64,000 nt of DNA from Scyliorhinus canicula (Eukaryota), in assembly GCF_902713615.1 (NCBI RefSeq), contig NC_052166.1, positions 2,404,961 to 2,468,960 on the forward strand, given 5' to 3'. This document shows positions 48,871-60,439 of this stretch, in pieces. Numbering within the stretch: position 1 is the stretch's first letter; every line of letters begins with the position of its first letter. A program made the position numbers and the translations under genes. The notes below the pieces were generated by a model. The model was not told where the DNA came from. It was given only the letters and a program-made list of their open reading frames with translations, and did not search any database.

Positions 48871-49902
48871 TTTGCGTTCCCAAGTGGCTAGCATACTGGA
48901 CTGAAACAGCAATATTTTAAAAAGATTTTGTTTTTTAGAATACCCAATTCTTTTTTTCCATTTAAGGGGCAATTTAGTGTGGCCAATCCACCTAACCTGC
49001 ACATCTTTTTGGGTTGTGGAGGTGAGACTCACGCAGACACGGGGAGAATGTGCAAACTGAAACAAATAGTTTCATTTATTTTCAAACTGTGTGGGAAGAA
49101 AGATTCGCTCCGGGAACGATTGTATGAAGAAATAGAAATTCACTATTTTTTAAAACAAAGCTTTATCATGAGTACAATATTAAACTCTTTAACTTCACAA
49201 TAGTTTACAATTATCCCCTAAACATTCAATCTCCTTTAAACAACAAGAATAGAAACATACAGCTGTCAATCTATCTTACTGTGGGGGAATTGTGGGCTCA
49301 GTGTCAGGCAGATCAGAATTCAACTCCTCTTTCAACATTCTCCAAAACCTGTCTCTCTGAGGTTTTTCAAACTGCCTCCATCTTCCCTGGCTCCACCCAG
49401 CAACGACCTCATCGCCCCCAAACTGAAAAACAAATGATCCCTGAAGACCGCAAAGCACATTTAGAACATAGAACATTACATAGAACATTACAGCGTAGTA
49501 CAGGCCCTTCGGCCCACGATGTTGCCCCGTCCTGTGAAACCCCTCTAAAGTCCCTCTACACTATTCCCTTATCGTCCATATGCCTATCCAATGACCATTT
49601 ACTCCCCGGGGACTTCCCCAGTCAAACCACAGTCCATTAGCCCAGACTGAAAAACACATTCCTTTGGCAATTTCACCATCTGGCTGCTAAAAGCACCTTG
49701 TAAAACAGAATTTTTAAAAAGCATGACCCCTGCAGTCAAACACACTCTGACCCCAGGCCTTTGACCCTTAAATTGCCCAATACTTAGAATCCAATATTCC
49801 TAAAGCCTTCCAGTTGTCACAGTAGATTGTGTAGGCAGATTGGGAAGGTGCCAATCAGAGTCCTGGTTTGCTGACTTCAGTTTCTTTTGTTATTTATTCC
49901 AG

Positions 49903-49931
49903 GAGATGGTTTGACAAAGCACACGGTCTAA
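49903..49931 (+). CDS. MHC-like beta chain exon 6, end of cytoplasmic tail and stop (GDGLTKHTV*)
   Basis: Acceptor ttcttttgttatttattccag|, in-frame TAA, then a perfect donor TAAG|GTGAGT 1 nt after the stop, implying a separate 3'UTR exon. Confidence 0.72.
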
Positions 49932-52900
49932 GGTGAGTGAAGGGTGTGTCGGTCACAACCTGCCAGTTCTTTATGGAGAGGTACGTCCCCTCTCCCCCCC
50001 CCCCCCCCCACCCGTGGTGACCCCCTCAGCACCTTCACTCTGAGGTGGGGCACATACGTGTCCAGTGACAGACCACCACATTCATAGAATCTATACAGTC
50101 TCTACAGTGCAAAAGTAGACCATTCAGCCCATCATGTCTGCACTGACCCTCTGAAAGAGCACCCCACCTAGGCCCACCCGCCCTATCCCCGTGACCCCAC
50201 CAAACTGAGGAGAAATTTAGCACGGCCAATCCACCGAACCTGTACATCTTTGGACTGTGGGTTGAAATCGGAGCTTCCGGAGGAAACCCACGCAGTCACG
50301 GGGAGAAGGTGCAGACTCCGCACACACAGTGACCCAAGGGCAGGATCGAACCTGGCACCGTGGGGCTGTGAGGCAGCAGTGCTAACCACTGTGCCACAAG
50401 CGGTGCCCACATCCGCGGAATTCCAGGGACGAGGCTGAGAGACGGGGAGTGTTGCAGTGGGAGGGAAAATCGGGATGGAACTCCCTCTGCCGTATTGTGA
50501 GCCTCTTTGAAACAATAGAATGGCGAGTGGCAGCTCCCATCACGCGGTGCGAATCAGAGCGGGACCCACCAGAAGCAAGATCGAGGCGCCCTTTAAAATG
50601 GACAATGGGCAAGGGGTGGCAGGTACCTGGGAACACCACCCCCCCACCACCACCCCCCAAGCCCCGTGCACCAGTCCCTGACCTGAAATATACCTGCCGT
50701 TCCCTCCCTCCCTAACAGCACAGTGGGTGTACCTACGCCACACGGGACTGCAGCGGGTTCAAGATGGCGCCTCTCCCACCGCCTTCTCGGGGGGCAATTA
50801 GGGACGGGCAATAAAAGCCAGGCCTGAACCAGCGACGCCCCACACACCCTGTCAATGAAGTTTCCCGAAAAGCTGAAGCGATTGACGAGGAAGGCAAAGG
50901 AAATGTTTGATGAAAACAGAGCGCGCTGGGAAATCTCAGCAGGTCTGGCAGCATCTGCGGCTCTTCTTCAGAGCTGGAGAGCGGGAGAAATGTGATGGAT
51001 CTTATCGTGTTTAAGAGGCGGTGGGGCAAAATAGAAGGTGCGGGATAGGTGGGAGCCAGGAGAGCTATTTGGGCTCAGGACAAAGGGAGTTTTAATAGCA
51101 GCAATAAAGAAAGTGCTAATAGCGGGGTGAGGGTAAAATAGCAGAATATGTGATCAATGAGAGCAAATCGTGAGAACAAGTGACAGGTGGCCCAGTGGGG
51201 AGGGGAGGAGGTCGTATTCCTGGTAGGGGGGGGGGGGGGGGGGGGGGGGGGGGGAGGGTGGAGTATAAAAGTAGGGCATGTTTTGCTTCAACTGTACAGA
51301 GACTGCACTTGGAGGACTGTGGACAGCTTTGACCCCTTACTCAAGGGGGGAGAGAGGGGAGGGGGAGAGAGGGGAGAGGGGAGGGGGAGAGAGGGAGGGG
51401 GGAGAGAGGGGGGGGGTGACATTATCCCATGGTAAGATGTTCCGAGACGGTTCACTGGGCTGATTGCTGTGACGAAGGGGGTTTGTCTGTGTCTTGTGAG
51501 GAAAGGTTGTACAGGTCGCGCCTCTTGGAGTTGAGGAGAATGAGAGGTGGTCTTCGAGACATCTCGGATTCTGAGGGGGGAGGGGGCTGCCAGGGTGGGG
51601 GCCGAGAGGATGTTTCCCCTTCGCGGGGTGTTTAGAACCAACGGGAACAAGATTGGGATGGTAGAGGGGGGGATTACAGCATATGGGGACTGGATTGATG
51701 GAGGGTAATGATCACCACAGACTCAAGGGCGACTGACTATTCTAATCAACCCGGGCTCCTCCTCCTTATTCCCAATGAGAGAGATGACGGAGCGAAGGCC
51801 GTTATTGGCGGCACACATAACAAACTCTGGTGGTCTCCGGCGTTGAGTCTGCTTCTCCCGTTTCGCCCTCAGAACCTCAGTGGAATGGAGAGAGGAGATG
51901 CTACGCTGTGTGCAGAACGTGGACCGGAGAGTATCACAGAATCGCAGAATTGGTGCGGAGCAGGAGGCCATTGCGCTGATCGTGTTCGCACCAGCTCGTT
52001 GAATGAGCGTTTCGCTTCCCCGCCCTCCCCCCGTGACATCACTCAGACTTGCTTTTCTGTAATTGACCCAATTTCCTTTCCAAAGCCTCGGTCGACCCTG
52101 CCTCTGTCGCACTCAGCAGCAATTCAGATTCTAACCGCTCGCTGCGTGAGAACGTTTGTCCTTCTGTGTCCGTCGCTTCCCTCGCCTTCAATCTGTGCCC
52201 CCCTCTGGTTCCCCATTCTCCTACCAATGGGAACGGTTTCTCCACTCTCCGCCTCTCCCTGACCCCACTTGTAATTTTGAACATCCCGGTCAAATCCCTC
52301 TCAACCTCCCCTCCTCCCAAGGGTGCAATGCCGACCGACTCCTCCAGTGTTTGGTTTGGAGAGAGCATCCAGCACTGAAGATTGAAGATGAACTGAGCCC
52401 CTGTGTTTAGAAACCCGGCTGAGTTGCCTTACCCTTTGCTTTACTGACCTCTAGGTGGGTGAGCCGTTGCCCTCCCAGCCCGACCACTCCACAATTCTAC
52501 GAAATTCAATTGGAGAAACGTCCTCTCCCTTGTCTCGTTTGCCGTCCCCAAATACAACACAACAGATTGAACTCCACTTATCACCGTTCGACCAATCTGT
52601 CCAATCTGATCTTCATGGAATCAACAGTGCAGAAGGAGGCCATTCAGCCCATCGAGACTGCACCGGCCCTTGGAAATAGACCCCTGCCGAAGCCCACATC
52701 TCCACCCTCGCTCCATAACCCCACCTAACCTTTTTTGGACACGGGGCAATTTATCATGGCCAATCCACCAAACTTGCAAGTCTTTGGACTTGTGGGAGGA
52801 AACCGGAGCACCCGGAGGAAACCCACGCAGACACGGGGAGAACGTGCAGACTCCGCACAGACAGTGACCCAGCGGGGAATCGAACCTGGGACCCTGGAGC

Positions 52901-55039
52901 TGTGAAGCAACTGTGCTAACCATTGTGCTACTGTGCTGCCATCTGTCCATGTTTGATTTGTTTGTCCAGTCAAACCACTCAGAGATTTGTTAACTTCAGA
53001 TGTTCACTAACATCATCTCAACAGATGATGCAAGCTTGGTGTCGCATCTGTACATTTAATCCAATCATTTCATTTTCATATCTATCAACAGTCGCTGCAT
53101 TGTATCCGTCTAAAGGTTCATATTTTCTATTAAACATGGTTTTGTCTCGATATTTCTGCCTATTTCATTTTGATTTACATTCTCCTTCGTGTTATTTCGC
53201 AATCTTCCCAGTGTTGACATAGAACATAGAGAAATACAGCACAGAACAGGCCCTTCGGCCCACGATGTTGTGCCGAACTTTTGTCCTAGGTTAATCATAG
53301 ATCATAGAATTTTGGACACTAAGGGCAATTTATCATGGCCAATCCACCCAACCTGCACATCTTTGGACTGTGGGAGGAAACTGGAGCACCCGGAGGAAAC
53401 CCACGCAGACACAGGGAGGATGTGCAGACTCCACACAGACAGTGACCCAAGCCGGGAATCGAACCTGGGACCCTGGAGCTGTGAAGCAATTGTGCTAACC
53501 ACTATGCTACCGTGCTGCCCTTAAGAACAAATTAATCTCAACTCTGATTTTGAAAACTCACCACTATTCTTAGAATTCCCCCTATACCAAAAAAGGGCCG
53601 ACATTCTAAATGGTGAACAGGGATTCTCACTCCCTGACTCCGATGCAGGCTTCGGTGGGTGCTATTCATGTCAAACTATATTTTCAAGTTATCCCCGGTA
53701 TAACCCATACCTTCACCGAAGATTTTACCTACTTCCCACTTAGTAGCATCGATGTCCTGGGTCCTGCATTGCTAAGTAAGTAAAGTAGACTTTAGGAATA
53801 ACCACTTTTTCAGGTTAAGTTAAGTTATTTTATTATTATATTTTTTCTTTTAAAAGCTGCAAACACTTTCTTTACAGAAAGGTAAAAGGATCTTGCTTCT
53901 GGATCCTGCTGGTTGGTTGAAGGGACCGTCAGGCCCACCTTGACAATCAATCTTCTTTAAAGTCTGTTCTTCTTGGGATGTGTTTGCTGGTTAGCTCCAT
54001 TGCTGTGTCTTGTCGATTCCATGTACTGAGCTATAAGAGCTAACTCTGCTAGCTATCTCTAAGCTGACTCTGACTCCTGTTTAAATTATAGTCTTCCTTA
54101 GATGTATAGCTGTTTAAGCTCGGCTGCTCGTCTTGTCTTTCCCATGACCGAGCTGTGAAAGCTGAATATGCTTCTCTCCTCTCTCTGAGTTCTCCTGAGT
54201 TCTGATCTGCTCCTGTTTCTGCTCCCTGGGTTTATATTCTCTTTCTAACAATTATTAAGTTTTTATTACCTTATTGTAAATTAACTTATTTCACTTTGAT
54301 TGTTAAAAGTATCTTTGATCTAAACATTCTAATACAACTAATTATTCATTTTGGGCATAACCTCACCTCTCAGATCTGATTACATTGTCCTTTGTGATGT
54401 TCAAAGTTCCTTTGTGATATTCAAAAAATGCTTTGATTTCAATAGGTGTTACTTTTAATTCCTGTCATTTGAATAATTTAATTTTCCAATTGTCCCCAGC
54501 TCATAACTTTGCCTTTGATTTTGACTTTAAATTATGTTTCTCATAGACAGGTTGTCTCCAATTTTCTTTTAATTTTCTTGGTATTAGTAGAATTTCACAC
54601 TTAGAATTTACACTAAATTCAACTGAACATCATCCATCCTTTCCAGCTGTTTACTAAGAGAGTTAATTTCAATGAAGGTGTGAAACCTTTGCTTTTAGCT
54701 GTATGCTAAAATTTCACTTGGTTATGACTTGAAAGACCTGCCTGTTTTAAACATTCATCACTCAATTCAATTGAAACTCTCATCCATGCTTTTCCAGATG
54801 CTTCCTAAGATAGTTACATTCAATGAAGGTGTGAGCCATTGTTTTAGCTTATTACATGAAACCTATGTGTTTGCTAAGCCTGCTTGTGAGAATCTGCATT
54901 TTATAATCCTGCTCTTTGCAGCTGCTATTAACCCTTCATGGGATCTTTCCCTGTATCCTCTCAGATTTCTCTCAGACCAGATATTGCCAGACTACTATGT
55001 TTCAAATGACACATTTTTCTGTATTTTCAAGAACAACAT

Positions 55040-56050
55040 TATTCTACCATAATCCATGTACCTATCCAATAGCCGCTTGAAGGTCCCTAACGTTTCCGAC
55101 TCAACTACTTCCACAGGCAGTGCATTCCATGCCCCCACTACTCTCTGGGTAAAGAACCTACCTCTGACATCCCCCCTATATCTTCCACCATTTACCGTAA
55201 ATTTATGTCCCCTTGTAATGGTTTGTTCCACCCGGGGAAAAAGTCTCTGACTGTCTACTCTATCTATTCCCCTGATCATAGACATAGAATAGTACAGCAC
55301 AGAACAGGCCCTTCGGCCCTTGATATTGTGCCGAGCAATGATCACCCTACTTAAACCCACGTAACCCGTATCCCAACAATACCCCCAATAACCTTACACT
55401 ACGGGCAATTTAGAATGGCCAATCCACCTAACCCGCACATCTTTGGACTGTGGGAGGAAACCGGAGCACCCGGAGGAAACCCACGCACACACAGGGAGGA
55501 CGTGCAGACTCCACACAGACAGTGACCCAGCCAGGAATCGAACCTGGGACCCTGGAGCTGTGAAGCATTGATGCTAACCACCATGCTACCGTGAGGCCCC
55601 TATCATCTTATAAACCTCTATCAAGTCGCCTCTCATCCTTCTCCGTTCTAATGAGAAAAGGCCTAGCACCCTCAATCTTTCCTCGTAAGACCTACTCACC
55701 ATAACAGGCAACATCCTGGCAAATCTCCTTTGCACCTTTTCCAAAGCTTCCACATCCTTCCTAAAATGAGGCGACCAGAACTGCACACAGTACTCCAAAT
55801 GTGGCCGTACCAAGGTTTTGTACAGCTGCATCATCACCTCACGGCTCTTAAATTCAATCCCTCTGCTAATGAACGCTAGCACACCATAGGCCTTCTTCAC
55901 AGCTCTATCCACTCGAGTGGCAACTTTCAAAGATCTATGAACATAGACCCCAAGATCTCTCTGCTCCTCCACATTGCCAAGAACCCTACCGTTAACCCTG
56001 TATTCCGCATTCATATTTGTCCTTCCAAAATGGACAACCTCACACTTTTC
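55040..56050 (-). mobile_element. CR1 3' fragments with a SINE inserted
   Basis: RPHLEYCVQFWSP and [13 protein letters not shown] motifs. Confidence 0.9.
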
Positions 56051-56218
56051 AGGTTGACCATCAGGATTTCAGAGAATCTTATTGCTCTTCATTAGCCAGA
56101 ATCAATCGCACCTCACTCAGGGGTCCATCACGCCACTTACACATTAACAATATTATTCTAGCTCGAAGTCATGCATGATGGAGATGTCCACTGGGTGGCC
56201 GCACCATCGGATGGAAAG

Positions 56219-56442
56219 TGTAGTAATCCAGAGGAGGCAGGAGTTCCGTCACCACACCAATATTTATTTACAATAACGATATTACAGGAGCAGCTACAAA
56301 CAGTGCTGCTAGCAGTCCAGTCAACTTAAGACTGGCTCGCAAAGCCTACACAGGTGATTATATGGGCCCCCTCAATGAGCTATCATTGAGGGAGCTCATA
56401 CTCCAATTGGCCAAACAATAAAGCCAATTGGAGTTCATTACA
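56219..56442. mobile_element. Short solo LTR (224 bp) with internal hairpins
   Basis: TGTAGTAA...ATTACA termini; exact 5-bp TSD GAAAG. Confidence 0.85.
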
Positions 56443-56469
56443 GAAAGTATTGAGGGAGTCCTCATTAAT

Positions 56470-57866
56470 GACCCTCTCACAGTGCGGAGCTTACTCAGTA
56501 CTGACCCTCTGACGGTGCGGCGCTCCCTCAGTACTGACCCTCCGTCAGTGCAGCACTCCCTCAGTGCTGACCCTCTGACAGTGCGGCACTCCCTCAGTAC
56601 TGACCCTCCCACAGTGCGGAACTCCCTCAGCACTGACCCTCTGACAGTGCAGCACTCCCTCAGTACTGACCCTCCAACAGTGCGGTGCTCCCTCAGCACT
56701 GACCCTCTGACAGTGTGATGCTCCCTCAGCACCGACCCTCCGACAGTGCGGAGCTCCCTCAGCACTGACCCTCCGACAGTGCAACGCTCCCTCAGCACTG
56801 ACCCTCTGACAGTGCAGAGCTCCCTCAGCACTGCCACTCCGACAGTGCGGCGTTCCCTCAGCACTGACCCTCTGACAGTGCGGCACTCACTCAGCACTGA
56901 CCCTCTGACAGTGCGGCACTCCCTCAGTACTGACCCACCAACAGTGTGACGCTCCCTCAGCACTGACCCTCCGACAGTGCAACACTCCCTCAGCACTGAC
57001 CATCCGACAGTGTGGTGCTCCCTCAGTACTGACCCTCTGACAGTGCGGCACTCCCTCAGTACTGACTCTCTGACAGTGCGGCACTCCCTCAGTACTGACC
57101 CTCTGACAGTGCAGCACTCCCTCAGCACTGACCCTCTGACAGTGCAGCACTCCCTCAGCACTGACCCTCTGACAGTGTAGCACTCCCTCAGCACTGACCC
57201 TCTGACAGTGCAGCACTCCCTCAGCACTGACCCTCGAACTGTGTAGCACTCCCTCTGTACTGACCCTCTGACAGTGCGGCACTCCCTCAGTACTGACCCT
57301 CTGACAGTGCAGCACCCTCAGTACTGACTCTCTGACAGTGCAGCACTCCCTCAGCACTGACCCTCTGACAGTGCAGCACTCCCTCAGCACTGACCATCTG
57401 ACAGTGTAGCACTCCCTCAGCACTGACCCTCTGACAGTGCAGCACTCCCTCAGCACTGACCCTCGGACTGTGTAGCACTCCCTCTGTACTGACCCTCTGA
57501 CAGTGCGGCACTCCCTCAGTACTGACCCTCTGACAGTGCAGCACTCCCTCAGTACTGACCCTCTGACAGTGCAGCATTCCCTCAGTACTGACCCTCTGAC
57601 AGTGCAGCACTCCCTCAGTACTGACCCTCTGACAGTGCAGCGCTCCCTCAGTACTGACCCTCTGACAGTGCAGCACTCCCTCAGTACTGACCCTCTGACA
57701 GTGCGGCACTCCCTCAGTACTGACCCTCTGACAGTGCAGCGCTCCCTCAGTACTGACCCTCTGACAGTGCAGCATTCCCTCAGTACTGACCCTCTGACAG
57801 TGCGGCACTCCCTCAGTACTGACCCTCTGACAGTGCGGCAGTCCCTCAGTACTGACCCTCTGACAG
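56470..57866. repeat. 33-bp minisatellite (CTGACCCTCTGACAGTGCAGCACTCCCTCAGTA), about 42 units
   Basis: Direct 33-nt periodicity. Confidence 0.95.
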
Positions 57867-57869
57867 TAA

Positions 57870-58110
57870 AAAGATTCTAAGCCAGTGAAACATGCACCCA
57901 GAAGAGTGCCAGCGTCATTAAGAGACCGTCTCAAGGACAAGTTAGATAAAATGGAACAATGAAATATCATATCACAGGTGACTGAGCTGACACACTGAGT
58001 AAGCTCTGTGGTGTGCGTGCATAAACCAAATGGGTACTTAAGAGTATGTATCGATCCGAAGGATTTAAATAATAACATAAGAAGAGAACATTATCCGCTA
58101 CCTAAAAGAT
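57870..58110 (+). mobile_element. Gypsy RT fragment
   Basis: SVVCVHKPNGYLRVCIDPKDLNNNIRREHYPLP. Confidence 0.85.
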
Positions 58111-60290
58111 TCGCAGATATCTTCACCACCTCACTCCTCTGCTGGTCCTTCAAGAAGAACACCATAATACCAAAAAAGAACAAGGTAGCCTGTCCCAAAG
58201 ACGCCCTGACGTCTGTTATCATGAAATGCTTCGAGCAGCTAGTTATGAGGCAGATCACAGCCAGCCTCTCAGTCTCGATCCACTGCAGTTTGCCGATCAC
58301 CGCAATCTGTCCACAGCAGATGCTATCTCCCTGGCTCTACAATCAACACTCAAACACCTCGACAACAAGGACACCTCTGTCAGACTGCTGTTCACAGACT
58401 ACAGCTCTGCCTTCACCACCATTACCCTAACAAGACTAATAACCAAACTCCGCAATCTTGGACTTGACCCCTCCATGTGCAGCTGGATCCTCGACTTCCT
58501 CACGAACAGACCGCAATCTGTCAGGATAGGGAACAGCCAACTCTACAATAGTCCTCAACACCGGGGCCCCGTAAGGATGTGTGCTCAGTCCTCTACTGTA
58601 CTTCCCTATACGCACTGATGTGTTATGTAATCTGGGATAACACAGGCTGCAACTCCATGCAGCTTTAACCAAAAGATGCTCTAGATTTTGAAATAAGTTC
58701 AATGTGATTTATTGAACCATTAGCACAGTTCTCTATGAGCTTGACTCTTCTGCTAACCTTGCTATAGTAACTCAGTCTAACTAACCACTCTGCTCTAAGC
58801 CACGTAGTGGGTGTGATGCTTCTGATCTGCCCCTGTCCTACTCTCTGAGTGTTGCCTGTGGAAAGGGACAGAGCCCTGTCCTTGTATATGGGTTGTGTAA
58901 TGCCCCCTTGTGGTAGTGTTGTGGTGATATGATTTGCATACCTGTCTGCCATTGGGGCAGAACACCGGCTTACCATTGGCCCTGGTCGGTCATGTGCCTC
59001 TCGACCGATTGGTCGAGAGGCTGAGTTAACCACGCCTCCTTGCCGAGGTGTAAATAGTCAAACGCCCGGCGGTCGTCCATTTTATTGTAGACAACCGCAG
59101 GGCTAAGTTCTAGTTTATTAAAGCCTAACTTTTGTAAAGCAACTCGTCCCTCGTGCAATTGATGGCACATCAAGTGTCACCTCTGGATGTCTTGACTGCC
59201 CATTGGTCGTGTCCTATGTGTTCGTTAGCTGTATGTCTGTGTGACATGATATCTCCGGTGCCCCCTCGAGTGTTTACTTAGTTGTAGCGTATTTACATTA
59301 ACCCCTTGTGTATTTACAGTGATGCATATCACCCACACACATGACTGTGTGGCAAGATTTAACTCCAACTCAATCTATAACTTTGCGGATGATATGACTA
59401 TGGTGCATCTCAAACAACAACGAATCAGACTACAGAGGGAGATAAATCACTTGGTGGCATGGTGTACCGAAAACAACCTCTCTCTAAATGTCGGAAAGAC
59501 CAAGGAACTGATCATCGACTTCAGGAAGCGCAGCACGACACACACTCCCGTCTGCATCAATGGCTCCGAAGTGGAGATGGTCGATAGCTTTAAGTTCCTG
59601 GGGGTCACCTGGGCCACTCACATTGATGCAACAGTCAAGAAAGCCCAACAACGTCTCTACTTCCTACGGAAGCTAAAGAAATTTGGCATGTCTGCATCGA
59701 CTCTCACAAACTTCTACAGATGTGCGATAGAGAGCATCCTATCCGGCTGCGTCACAGCCTGGTATGGCAACTGCTCGGTCCAGGACTGCAAGAAGCTGCA
59801 GAGTGTGGTGAACTCAGCCCAACGTATCACACAAGCTTGCCACCCCCACATTGATTCTGTCTACACCTCCCGCTGCCTCAGGAAGGCAGACAGCATTATC
59901 AGAGACCCCTCCCACCCAGGCATTGCCTTCTTCCAGACCCTTCCATCAGGCAGAAGGTACAGAAGTCTGAAGACTCGCACATCCAGACATAGGAACAGCT
60001 TCTTCCCCACAGCTACCAGACTCCTCAACGACTCCCCCTCGGACTGATCTGTCCCCTGTAAGAACACTATTCACGACGCCCTATGCTGCTCTTGCTCACG
60101 TATTTGCTTTGTTTGGCCCCTTGTTCCGCACTGTAACCAATCACTGTTTGTCGATGTACCATTTGTCAATGTTCTCTGTTGGTTATTCTTGTGTCTACTA
60201 TGTCCGTACTGTGTACGTTCCCCCGGCCGCAGAAAAAAACTTTTCACTGTACTTCGGTACATGTGACAATAAATCAAATCAAATTAAATC
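58111..60290 (+). mobile_element. Rex1/Babar-like non-LTR retrotransposon 3' part, interrupted by nested solo LTRs
   Basis: LTSVIMKCFEQLV, PLQFA, LFTDYSSAF, FADD, KKAQQRLYFLRKLKKF; (AAATC)n tail at 60272-60290. Confidence 0.85.
58616..59331. mobile_element. Solo LTR containing a second solo LTR (58920-59172)
   Basis: Outer TGATG...ATCA with near-TSD CGCAC/CCCAC; inner TGTGG...CATCA with exact TSD AGTGT. Confidence 0.75.
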
Positions 60291-60439
60291 AGAGAGAAGC
60301 GATAACAGCAGAAATGGTGAAGTATTTCACAAAATTGGATGCTTCCAAGGAATTCTGGCAACTACTCCGGATAGTAGAAGCAGAAAATTGTGCACCTTTA
60401 ACATTCCCTTTGTTTTAACCGATTACCTTTCGGCATAAT

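Noticed and set aside
49914-49931. C-terminal ..KHTV as a PDZ-binding motif
   Set aside because: Position -2 is His, not Ser/Thr or hydrophobic.
1789-57880. Long repetitive ORFs (1789-2484, 20103-21302, 20177-21736, 40705-42444, 44712-45344, 56358-57227 and the Pro/Gly-rich 6000-7400 and 38500-40400 sets)
   Set aside because: They are translations of tandem or low-complexity repeats, open in several frames, with no splice or domain support.
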